From an uncultured Victivallales bacterium (GTDB lineage Bacteria > Verrucomicrobiota > Kiritimatiellia > UBA8416 > CAYOBW01): a stretch of 64,000 bases of DNA. Below the pieces are notes generated by a model. It was not told the origin of the DNA and searched no databases. It worked only from the letters and a program-made list of their open reading frames with translations. Below, piece after piece: positions 43,550 to 51,882 of the stretch. The stretch covers positions 18,249-82,248 of the forward strand of contig CAZJYI010000022.1 of the NCBI GenBank assembly GCA_964550025.1, read 5' to 3'. Numbering within the stretch: the stretch's first letter is position 1; each line of letters starts with the position of its first letter. Made by a program: the position numbers and the translations under genes.

Positions 43550-46500
43550 TCACTCCTTTTCTCCAAAGCAAACGAGCGCCCCGTTCTTCAGGCTCACAAA
43601 CAGCTTTCCATCCGCGGCCGACATGCCGTCCCACGTCGGCACGTCCGCGAGCTCGTACCGGGCCACTTCCTTCCCGTCTTCCTTGGAGGCGATGACAAGC
43701 AGACCGCCCATCCTGCCTTCGACAGCTTTGAAGATGTCGTCTTCGGGGAACACATTCGGCGTGCCGGCAACGAACACATTGTCTTCATCGAGAAGCATGG
43801 CGTCGGGATTGACATGAATGCCCGTGGCCCAGTTTTCGCGGTAATCGTACTTGCTGACGGGAACGTACTGCGGCCTCTTCTTCTTGCCTGGCCGGGGCTT
43901 GCGAGGTCTGGCACGGGAAGGCTCCTTCTCATGCCGGGTCATGCAGAAGAATGAAAGACCCGCCTCCGCCGGGTTGATACTCTGCGCGTCGGCAGCCGTG
44001 CGAATGACTCGCACGCCATATACCCTGTCCTTCTCCACAGCGATCAGGTCGCCGTCCGGAATCGCCACCTGCGGGACCCGTCGCGAAGAAGGAACGATAC
44101 GGGAAAGGGTCCAGTAGCTCCGGTGATGCTTGGCGTCGTCCAACATGAAGGACCCCGTCAGCAGATGGTCCCGGTGCTTCTCGATGTCGTCCACCTGCTC
44201 CAACTCGGGAGTGAACGCCCAGTGCGACAGGTAGATCAACTTCCCATCGGTCACGAGAATCTCGTTCTTGTTGCCGCGAATCGCGGTTCGCTTGATTGTC
44301 TTGATGATGGGCTCGCCGCCATCTTCGTAGGGACCGGTTAATACTCTCGCGTGCAGCTTCGTGCCGGCGAGCGGGTCAAGCGCGTAGAGGATGATCCCTC
44401 CATCAAGAAAGGTGCTTCTGCCGGCGGATACATACGCAACGCCGTTGAGCATAAGGACACTGCCGTGAACCGGCCAGAGCGACTCAACCTGGCCGAATGC
44501 GCAGGCGAGGTGTTCCCCCGCCGGCGCGGCGCGGAACTTCCAGACGAGCTCACCACGGCTGGACTCCAAGCAGTACACCCAGCCGTCTCGGGCGCCAAAA
44601 AGGACGAGTCCGTCGTAGTATGTCGGCGGTGTGTCGACACGGCCTCCTGCGCTGTAGCGCCAAAGGACCTTCCCGCTGTTGCCATCCATGCCGTAGACCG
44701 TATGCTCATCGACTGAGGCGATGTAGAGTCTTCCGCCGGCGATTGTCGGCTGTGTTGTGCCGGCCGGGAGCTTTGCCTGCCACAGAACCTCGAGCTTCGA
44801 CGGCACGTCCGTCTGAGCCAGCGCGCTCCTCGTAGCGTCCTTCCTGTAGGTTGGCCACGAACCGGCGGGGTGAGACCCGAGAGAGACTCTGCCGTAGGCC
44901 GTTCCCTTCACCAGCAGGTTGTCCAGCTTGCCGGCCTCCAGGTTGGCTTCTCTCGCCCCGGTCAGCGCCCAGAAACCGTTCAGGGTCGTCTCGTTGACGC
45001 ACGCGCAGGCGTGGGGTGTTGCGTACAACAGCCCGTTACACGGCATGCCTCCCAAGCTGCACGTGTTGCGTGCCCACGGGTGGCTCAGGGAGTTGGTGGA
45101 GTCGAGATATGAGAAGTCGTTTCCGCCGGACGTCGAGGTGATGATGTACCGGTCGGTGGCCTTGTTGCGGTGGCAGCGGTCATGCCCCATCGGTCCCCCC
45201 CGAGTCTTGCCGCGTCCCTGGATCGCCTCGCCGGTAGCCGGATCCAGCCCCGCATGACTACCCTGTACCCACACCGCACCGTTGGCGATGAGGAGGTCCG
45301 GCGAAGACACGTAGCCAAATGGAACCCGCCCCTTCGATCGCCATAACTCCTTTCCGTCTTCCAGGGAATAGGCAAACAACCCGTTCGATTCGGCCCTGTA
45401 GACAGTGCCGGCTTTCACAACGATCGAGGCATTGCCCCCGGCCCAACGACTGTTTCTCGCAAGCCACGAGGTCTCGACGGGCACGGCCCACAGCTCCTTG
45501 CCTGTTGAGCGCTCCAGGCAGACCAGCTTCTTGCCGTACTGGTAGACCATCCGCTCGCCATCCACGGCAATCGACAGGCCTTCGTAGTCCCTGGTCCTGT
45601 CTCCGGAGATCTCCCAAACGCGACGCCCCGTCGCGGCCTCAATGGCCATGATCGAATGGCGGCGCTCCTGCTCCAGGAGCTCTTGCGCCGTGAGGTACCT
45701 GGCACGCGGGGTGTAATGCTTCTCACCAAACGCCATACGGCTTGGGAACTGTATCCCTTCCTTCTCGTAGCCGTAGTTCTTCGACTGATCGCCCGCGGCA
45801 AGATAGAGGACGCCTTCGTAGTAGATGATCTCCCGCGTACCTTCCGTTCCCTCGTAGCGGCGCCGTGTCTTCCCGGTCGCCGCGTCAAAGGCGACCACCG
45901 GCGCCGAGATTCCCGGTGTCGCGTACAGCGTATCGCCGATGGCCACCGCGCGTCGGTTCAATTGCGGAGCGGCCCCTTTCATATGGTGGGTGATGTTCTC
46001 CCAACCCGCGCACGGATGCGTCCAGAGCACTATCCCGTTGAAGGCATCCCTTGCAACAAGCCTGTACTTGCCCGGCATCACGGGGAGCGAAATCGGCGCG
46101 CTGTCCTCGATCGAGAAGATGCGCCCCTTGGCCGACACCATGGCTGACAGACTGGGAAGCGTGGAGTGCGCCCTGTCCCAGAGAGGGTAGTTCAGCCACT
46201 GCATCCCTTTCGGCGGCGCCACGACACTGTCCTGCGCCACCGCGTTGTTGTCGGGGCCGTGAAGATAGTGAGTCCACTCGTCGATATCCGGCGGCCACGA
46301 CTTGACGGTCTTCTTCCCATCGGCGAACAGCGACCCAAGCGGCGCGAGCACGCGCAGCAGTTCATCCTCAGGGACCTTCGCGCCGGAGCCCACGACAATC
46401 TCGCTGACCAGGTTGTCAATGTAGGGGAGCTTCTCTCCGTCAAACAGAACGACCGAGACCTTGCCGTAGCACCCGGCCGCCTGGATTCTCTTCCGGAGAC

Positions 46501-46690
46501 CGGCCACCTTCGCGGCCGAGCTCTCCAGGCCTTGAAAAACCGTGCCGGCCTTCTGCCAGTCCTCCGAAACGCTTTCCAGCGCATCCGCACCGATGCAAAC
46601 GACCAGGCCGCCCTCGACCTCTACGGACGCTGCGGCCAAACCGAACGGCACAGCCAGCAAACTCAGCCAGATGGCAATCGTCTCTTTCAC
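43550..46690 (-). CDS. P4: exported methyltransferase-like + double PQQ/BamB-like beta-propeller protein
   Basis: GTG 46690 overlaps the upstream sulfatase stop (GTGA at 46687-46690) and gives VKETIAIWLSLLAVPFGLAAA. Motifs: GGLVVCIGADALESVS, FQGLESSAAKV, LPYIDNLVSEIV, RVLAPLGSLF, DEWTHYLHGPDNNAV, HDRCHRNKATDRY, ARNTCSLGGMPCNGLLYATPHACACV, SWPTYRKDATRSALA, and C-terminal PTWDGMSAADGKLFVSLKNGALVCFGEKE. The track start at 46804 would overlap the sulfatase by 118 nt. Confidence 0.75.
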   Translation of the reverse strand: MKETIAIWLSLLAVPFGLAAASVEVEGGLVVCIGADALESVSEDWQKAGTVFQGLESSAAKVAGLRKRIQAAGCYGKVSVVLFDGEKLPYIDNLVSEIVVGSGAKVPEDELLRVLAPLGSLFADGKKTVKSWPPDIDEWTHYLHGPDNNAVAQDSVVAPPKGMQWLNYPLWDRAHSTLPSLSAMVSAKGRIFSIEDSAPISLPVMPGKYRLVARDAFNGIVLWTHPCAGWENITHHMKGAAPQLNRRAVAIGDTLYATPGISAPVVAFDAATGKTRRRYEGTEGTREIIYYEGVLYLAAGDQSKNYGYEKEGIQFPSRMAFGEKHYTPRARYLTAQELLEQERRHSIMAIEAATGRRVWEISGDRTRDYEGLSIAVDGERMVYQYGKKLVCLERSTGKELWAVPVETSWLARNSRWAGGNASIVVKAGTVYRAESNGLFAYSLEDGKELWRSKGRVPFGYVSSPDLLIANGAVWVQGSHAGLDPATGEAIQGRGKTRGGPMGHDRCHRNKATDRYIITSTSGGNDFSYLDSTNSLSHPWARNTCSLGGMPCNGLLYATPHACACVNETTLNGFWALTGAREANLEAGKLDNLLVKGTAYGRVSLGSHPAGSWPTYRKDATRSALAQTDVPSKLEVLWQAKLPAGTTQPTIAGGRLYIASVDEHTVYGMDGNSGKVLWRYSAGGRVDTPPTYYDGLVLFGARDGWVYCLESSRGELVWKFRAAPAGEHLACAFGQVESLWPVHGSVLMLNGVAYVSAGRSTFLDGGIILYALDPLAGTKLHARVLTGPYEDGGEPIIKTIKRTAIRGNKNEILVTDGKLIYLSHWAFTPELEQVDDIEKHRDHLLTGSFMLDDAKHHRSYWTLSRIVPSSRRVPQVAIPDGDLIAVEKDRVYGVRVIRTAADAQSINPAEAGLSFFCMTRHEKEPSRARPRKPRPGKKKRPQYVPVSKYDYRENWATGIHVNPDAMLLDEDNVFVAGTPNVFPEDDIFKAVEGRMGGLLVIASKEDGKEVARYELADVPTWDGMSAADGKLFVSLKNGALVCFGEKE

Positions 46691-48297
46691 TTCTTTGCCT
46701 TCTTCCTTTGCTTCCTCTTCGAATAGCTGATCTGCGGACGAGGCACATTCTCCTCGGGTCCGCGCATGACATACGGCTCCCACGACTTGCGCGCCTTCTC
46801 CCATTCCTCCAGTGTCCGCGTCGGATACCAGGCGGGCCAGCCGTACCGGTTGAAGTCGTACTCCGTGGCGTTCGCTTTCATCCAGTCATCCATGACGGGC
46901 ATCGGACACTTCTCGGGGAAGATACCAAGCGCCCGAAAATCCTCCGACACGCCCTGGTCATCGATGACGTTCACGCGCCAGTTCTCCAGCTCGGCAAGCA
47001 AGCCGGCCTTGACTTCCGCGTACTTCGGATTGTCGGCGAGGTTCTTCACTTCATGAGGGTCGCGACGAAGATCGAAGAGCTCAATCTCCGGCTTGGTGGG
47101 CGCGAAGAAGGCGGCCTGCTCCGGCGTAAGTTGCCCCTTGAGATTCATCACGTTCATCTCGGCCAACACGGGGTATGCCCCCTCCTTGTAGTGGTTGTAC
47201 TGGCAATAAGCCCGCTCCGGCATGAGGTTGAGAATCAGCTTGTGATCTCTGGAGCGAATCGCCCGCATGGCGTCGTGTGTCTCGTCCATCTTGTCGCGCG
47301 CCGCGAAAACATACTTGCGCTGCTTGACCTCTTGCCCGAGGAGGTCCTTGCCGTGCAGCGGGACCGGCGGTTTGATGCCGGCGGCTGCCAGGATCGTGGC
47401 GCAGATGTCGATCGACATCACCAGGTCGTCGCTTACCTGCCCCGGCTTCACCTTGCCCGGCCAGCGCATGATCATCGGGATGCGAATCCCGCCGTCATAG
47501 AGGAATTGCTTTCCCCGAATGTGGCAACGGCCATGGTCGCCGATGAAGAAGACAATCGTGCTGTCCGCCAACCCTTCGTCGTCCAGGCGCTTCAACAGCA
47601 CACCGACCTCCCGATCCACCAGCTGCATCTGCTCCAGCCCGTTGGCCCAGTCGCGACGAACGAAAGGCGTGTCGGGGTAATATGGGGGGATCTCGACATC
47701 CTTGATGTCAATCGGCCGCTCCGGGTCACGTTTCCAGGCGCGGTGCGTACCGCCAAAGGTAATGCGCGCGAAGAACGGCTGCCCCGGTTTGCGCTCGGAC
47801 CAGTCTTCCCCCATGAAGAGCTCAGACCTCGTGTTTGGCGTGAAGTTGCAGTCCGTCTTCCAGCTCATGATGGCCGTGAAGTAGCCCGCATCCTGAAACA
47901 GGTGGGGTATCGGCCTGATGCCGTGCGGCAACGGCTGCTTATTGTGCTCGCGATGCTGGTTGGCTCCGATGTGGTTCTGGTGAAACCCCGTCATCATGGC
48001 CGACCGCGACGTCGAGCAGACCGGCGACGTGGTAAACGCCCGCTCGTACCGAATGCCTTCCGACGCCAGCTTGTCCACATGCGGGGTGTGGATGCCCTTC
48101 GTGCCATAGCAGGACAGGTCCGGCGACCAGTCCTCAATACAGATCCAAAGGATGTTCGGTTTCGCGAGCTGCGCCCGGGGCTGCGCCGCCATGCAGCTCA
48201 GTCCCGCCAGGCATGCGGATAGTGCTCCGAGCAGGTGCATCCCGGCTCTTCCTCGGCTCACTTCATTCTTGTTCACTTGGTTCATTGGATTCCCCAT
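46687..48297 (-). CDS. S1 sulfatase
   Basis: PNILWICIEDWSPD, SPVCSTSRSAMMTG, FFIGDHGRCHIRGKQ. The start is uncertain: ATG 48297 abuts a REP-like element, while ATG 48240 (MHLLGALSACLAGLSCMAA) is also plausible. Confidence 0.85.
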   Translation of the reverse strand: MGNPMNQVNKNEVSRGRAGMHLLGALSACLAGLSCMAAQPRAQLAKPNILWICIEDWSPDLSCYGTKGIHTPHVDKLASEGIRYERAFTTSPVCSTSRSAMMTGFHQNHIGANQHREHNKQPLPHGIRPIPHLFQDAGYFTAIMSWKTDCNFTPNTRSELFMGEDWSERKPGQPFFARITFGGTHRAWKRDPERPIDIKDVEIPPYYPDTPFVRRDWANGLEQMQLVDREVGVLLKRLDDEGLADSTIVFFIGDHGRCHIRGKQFLYDGGIRIPMIMRWPGKVKPGQVSDDLVMSIDICATILAAAGIKPPVPLHGKDLLGQEVKQRKYVFAARDKMDETHDAMRAIRSRDHKLILNLMPERAYCQYNHYKEGAYPVLAEMNVMNLKGQLTPEQAAFFAPTKPEIELFDLRRDPHEVKNLADNPKYAEVKAGLLAELENWRVNVIDDQGVSEDFRALGIFPEKCPMPVMDDWMKANATEYDFNRYGWPAWYPTRTLEEWEKARKSWEPYVMRGPEENVPRPQISYSKRKQRKKAKK

Positions 48298-48358
48298 GTA
48301 GCGGAACGCGCCAAGCGTTCCGATCCCCCAGGTCGGAAGACTTGGCGTCTTCCGCTAC
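48298..48358. repeat. REPIN-like doublet of GTAG-headed hairpins (same family as 35999-36059)
   Basis: GTAGCGGAACGC-GCCAA-GCGTTCCGATCCCCCAGGT-CGGAAGAC-TTGGC-GTCTTCCGCTAC. Both halves have a GCCAA loop when read on their own strand. Relative to the 36-kb copy, stem positions differ in a compensatory way (TC/GA vs GC/GC; CC/GG vs AC/GT). Confidence 0.65.
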
Positions 48359-48388
48359 CTTGCGCCGGCCTCCGCAGCGCCTCCCCGC

Positions 48389-51300
48389 TCAGGATCCGTT
48401 CCCAAGGCAGACCAGGTCACCGTTTTCCAGGCAAAGCAGGACTTTGCCGTTCGCCGCGATCAGGCCGTCCCAGACGGGAATTGCCGGCAGTTTGAGACTG
48501 CTCAGCTTGTCGCCCGATTTTGCATCGACAACCCACAGAAGGCCGCCTTCCGCCCCGTCGAGCAGGGTAGCCTGTTTGTGGAGGCGCGCGTTGACGCCGG
48601 GATCGTAGATGTTCTCCCAGTCCTTCTTCTCGTCCACGACCCGCGGCGCACCGGCCACGACCAGAGCCTTGTCGGCAACCGTCAATCCTGTCGCGAGAAT
48701 CGGGATCTCCCGGCTCCAGTCGTACTTGAAGAGGTTCTTCGTCGGTTGCCCGTAGTTCGCATCTTTCTTGCTCTTGTTGGCCGGCTTCAGCAACGGTCCC
48801 GATTCGTCGATGCAAAAGAGGTGATAGGCGAGCGGTGTCATCCAACGGAAATCGGTCTGGACTCGACCAAACCCGAAGATCGACTCCCCGCGGTGAACCA
48901 GCAGGCGCCCGGCCGGGTTGGCCCGTCCTGACTTGTACCACTGGTTCCATCCCGAGGAGAACTTCGTGCCGTACGTCCAGTAGCTGCGGTGGAACCAACT
49001 GCCGTCCAGGAAACCGGTGGGGGTGAACAGATGGCGAACCTTCTCCTCCTGCTCCTTCAACGAGTCCGCCGAAAGCGTATTCCCATCGAAGTCAAGAACC
49101 TGGGAATGAAGGAAGAGATAATCCTCGTTGGCGGACAGAACGTCCGACAGCCCCACCGGCATGGACAAGCCCCGAACATACTCGTGCAGTTCCTTGCCGG
49201 TTGCCGCGTCGATCTGGTCCAGTGTCTTCTCGCTCCGGACCTTACCGGTCTTCACGTCGAGGAGAAAGAGCCGCATGCCGCCGTCCAGGAAACGAGACCG
49301 CCCGGCAAGGCAGTAGGCCGTCTGCCCCAGAACAAGGACGCTGCCGTGGACCGGCCAGGGGGACTCGAACCGGTCGAGCGCGATCATCTGCCGGCGTTCC
49401 GGCGCGGCATCGAATCGCCACGCCAGTTCCCCCAGGTCAGCCGTCAGGCAATAGACAGAGCCGGCGGCGGAACCGAACACGACCCGCCCGTCAACGTATG
49501 TGGGCGGCGAGTCAATGCGCGCGTCTACCGCATACCGCCACAGGCGTTTGCCGTTCTCCGCATCAAGCGCGTAGAGCGCGTATTCATCCGCGCGTGCGAC
49601 AAAGACCTTTCCGCCTGCCGAGATGCACGACGTGAGCTTGCCGCCAATGCTCGCCTTCCACCGCTCTTTGAGTTGCCCGTCCACAACGGTACTTGCAGCC
49701 CCGCTGCGGGAGGCGTCGTGCCGATGGGTCGGCCAGTCACCCGTACCGGCCTTATCGTCAGGGGACACCGCGATGCCGAACGCCGGCCCGCGGGTCAGCC
49801 GCCCGCCGCCCGAACGCGGCTTCTCACGGTAGGTCACCTGATCGGGGGAGACCAACGCATTGAAGTACGACAGCTTGGTCGAGAGGTAGCAGGCGCAGGG
49901 ATGCGGCGGGGCGTAGAGAATGCCGTTCGCCGGCATGACACCATAGGTGCAAGCGCCGCGGACCCAGTGGTTGACGTCGTACGCCTTGGCATCGACGTCG
50001 ACAAGCTCGATGCCGGTCCTCGACGCGATAATGTACTTCTCCGTGGCGCGGCCGCGGTGACAGCGATGATGGAACCAGCTCGGCTTCTTGTCCATGCTGA
50101 AGCTCTCTTCCACCTCGCCGGTCTTCAGGTTAATCCCGACAAACGTCCCGGGCGCGCGACCGCTGGCGGTCTGGCCATACCACATTCTGCCTTGCATGAC
50201 GAAGATGTCCGTGGGTGAATGATGACCCGTTGCCGGCTGCTTCGCAGCCCACAGTTGCTTACCGTCGGTTGCCGAAAACGCGGTGACCTTCTTGGTCATA
50301 CCGGAGAAGAGGACGAGATCGTCATGCAGAACGACGCTCGATCCCCGGCCGAACTGGTACTGCTTGCTCTGTTCGACCTCGGACTTCCACCGCCGCTTGC
50401 CGGTCTTGCGGTCGAGACAGACAACACCTTCGTAGTCGTTGAACACCACGTGCCGGTCATCGGCACAGAGACTGGATTCCGAAACCAGCGACTCGTTCCG
50501 CCACAGCTCCTTCCCCGTGGCTGCATCGATCGCGGTCACATAGCGCGACTCACGCGGATACGTCTGCCCAAAGATCATGTTCCGCTCCACGACCATGTCC
50601 AGGTGCTCGCGTTTGTGTCGGAAGAACTTGCCCGTGCTGCTCACGACGCTGAAGATGACGCCGTCCGAAACCACGAACTCGTAGGTTCCCTCCGTTCCCG
50701 CGTAGGTCCTGAGTGTCTTTCCCGAAACGGCGTCGAGTTGCATGATGGGCGCGTCGATGCCGAGGGTCACGTAGACTTTACCTTCCAGGGCTACCAGTCG
50801 ACGGGGCAAAACGACGGGACCGTTCTTCATGGGCCAGAGACGGGTGTGCCATTCCGGGATGTCACGCTCCCAGAGCAGGGCGCCGTTGTAAGCACTCTTG
50901 GCAATGAGCGACCACTGCGACGGTAGTAGGATCGAGACCGGCGATCCCTTGTCGACAATGTAGAAAACCCTGCCCCCGTCCGACACCATCGAGGTGAAAC
51001 TGCTCATGTGCTCGTGCTGCCGCCCGAACCGCGGACCGCCGAACCACTGCAGGTGACGCGGGGGACCCACGCGCATGTCGCGTGACACCGCGTTGCCCGA
51101 CGCGTCGTACAAGCTATGCGTCCAGTCATCCTGGTCCGCCGGGATCGTCTTCGCGATCCTCTCCCAGCGGCCACCGCGTTCGACGTGGGCCGCGCCCCCC
51201 GGCGCGAGCACCCGCAACATCTCCGCCTTGGAAACGCCGATGCCGCCCTGGACAAACAGCAGGCTCACCAGGTTGTCGTTGTATGGCAACGCCCCGCCAT

Positions 51301-51583
51301 CCCACTCGCGCACGGAAACGGGACCGTGCAGCCCTCTTTTGAGGAGTGTCTCACGCGCGGCCGCCACATTCTCGCTTGAAGCGTCGAGTCCCTGGACCAG
51401 GATATTCTCGTTGATCCGCAGCGCGGCCGTGGCGGCGCCGTCACCACAACCCACGTGCACAACCACCCCGCCCCTCAGACCGCTCTCCTTGACGAGCTCC
51501 AACGGCCCGGCATATGCCGTCACGCAGGCCAATGCACAGGCCAGGAGGCATCTAACGCGCCTATTACATCTATTCGTTATCAT
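48389..51583 (-). CDS. P5: exported methyltransferase-like + double PQQ/BamB-like beta-propeller protein (only member with an intact SAM-binding motif I)
   Basis: MITNRCNRRVRCLLACALACVTAYA; GGVVVHVGCGDGAATAAL (GxGxG), LVQGLDASSENV, LPYNDNLVSLLFV, LRVLAPGGAAHV; DDWTHSLYDASGNAV; HHRCHRGRATEKY; VRGACTYGVMPANGILYAPPHPCACY; DWPTHRHDASRSGAA; C-terminal PVWDGLIAANGKVLLCLENGDLVCLGNGS. Confidence 0.8.
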   Translation of the reverse strand: MITNRCNRRVRCLLACALACVTAYAGPLELVKESGLRGGVVVHVGCGDGAATAALRINENILVQGLDASSENVAAARETLLKRGLHGPVSVREWDGGALPYNDNLVSLLFVQGGIGVSKAEMLRVLAPGGAAHVERGGRWERIAKTIPADQDDWTHSLYDASGNAVSRDMRVGPPRHLQWFGGPRFGRQHEHMSSFTSMVSDGGRVFYIVDKGSPVSILLPSQWSLIAKSAYNGALLWERDIPEWHTRLWPMKNGPVVLPRRLVALEGKVYVTLGIDAPIMQLDAVSGKTLRTYAGTEGTYEFVVSDGVIFSVVSSTGKFFRHKREHLDMVVERNMIFGQTYPRESRYVTAIDAATGKELWRNESLVSESSLCADDRHVVFNDYEGVVCLDRKTGKRRWKSEVEQSKQYQFGRGSSVVLHDDLVLFSGMTKKVTAFSATDGKQLWAAKQPATGHHSPTDIFVMQGRMWYGQTASGRAPGTFVGINLKTGEVEESFSMDKKPSWFHHRCHRGRATEKYIIASRTGIELVDVDAKAYDVNHWVRGACTYGVMPANGILYAPPHPCACYLSTKLSYFNALVSPDQVTYREKPRSGGGRLTRGPAFGIAVSPDDKAGTGDWPTHRHDASRSGAASTVVDGQLKERWKASIGGKLTSCISAGGKVFVARADEYALYALDAENGKRLWRYAVDARIDSPPTYVDGRVVFGSAAGSVYCLTADLGELAWRFDAAPERRQMIALDRFESPWPVHGSVLVLGQTAYCLAGRSRFLDGGMRLFLLDVKTGKVRSEKTLDQIDAATGKELHEYVRGLSMPVGLSDVLSANEDYLFLHSQVLDFDGNTLSADSLKEQEEKVRHLFTPTGFLDGSWFHRSYWTYGTKFSSGWNQWYKSGRANPAGRLLVHRGESIFGFGRVQTDFRWMTPLAYHLFCIDESGPLLKPANKSKKDANYGQPTKNLFKYDWSREIPILATGLTVADKALVVAGAPRVVDEKKDWENIYDPGVNARLHKQATLLDGAEGGLLWVVDAKSGDKLSSLKLPAIPVWDGLIAANGKVLLCLENGDLVCLGNGS

Positions 51584-51701
51584 TGCTCCTCCATTCGTTC
51601 CTCACTACTCACTGCTCTGTCACTCTCCCAATCCAATGATAGGGAGTCGCGAGAGCATTCCCAGTCGAGAATGGCACTTGCCTGAGCGCGTTCCGATCCC
51701 C

Positions 51702-51831
51702 AGTAGGTCCCAGTTGCACTGGGACCATCGAACGGCGACAGCTCAGTCGCCCCACAACTCGCTCTTGAGCCGCGACCGTCTCATTCCCGCAGCCTGGCGT
51801 TCTCTGGGTCCCAGTGCAACTGGGACCTACT
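51702..51831. repeat. perfect 25-bp inverted repeat pair; each arm is itself a GTAG-headed hairpin
   Basis: AGTAGGTCCCAGTTGCACTGGGACC (51702-51726) and its exact reverse complement GGTCCCAGTGCAACTGGGACCTACT (51807-51831). Each arm contains GGTCCCAGT-TGC-ACTGGGACC (9-bp stem). The left arm is preceded by GCGTTCCGATCCCC, which is shared with the 48.3-kb element. Confidence 0.7.
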
Positions 51832-51882
51832 CCCCCGCAATCATGGCACCCGAGAGTCCCCATGTTGACAGAGCCAGACTAC

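Noticed and set aside
19493-51583. Interpreting the five propeller paralogs as PQQ-dependent quinoprotein dehydrogenases or as BamB homologs
   Set aside because: Only the generic propeller repeat resembles those families. I could not find the quinoprotein Cys-Cys/Trp-docking signatures. No pqq biosynthesis or cytochrome partner genes are nearby. The size, the domain composition and the genomic context differ from both BamB and alcohol/glucose dehydrogenases.
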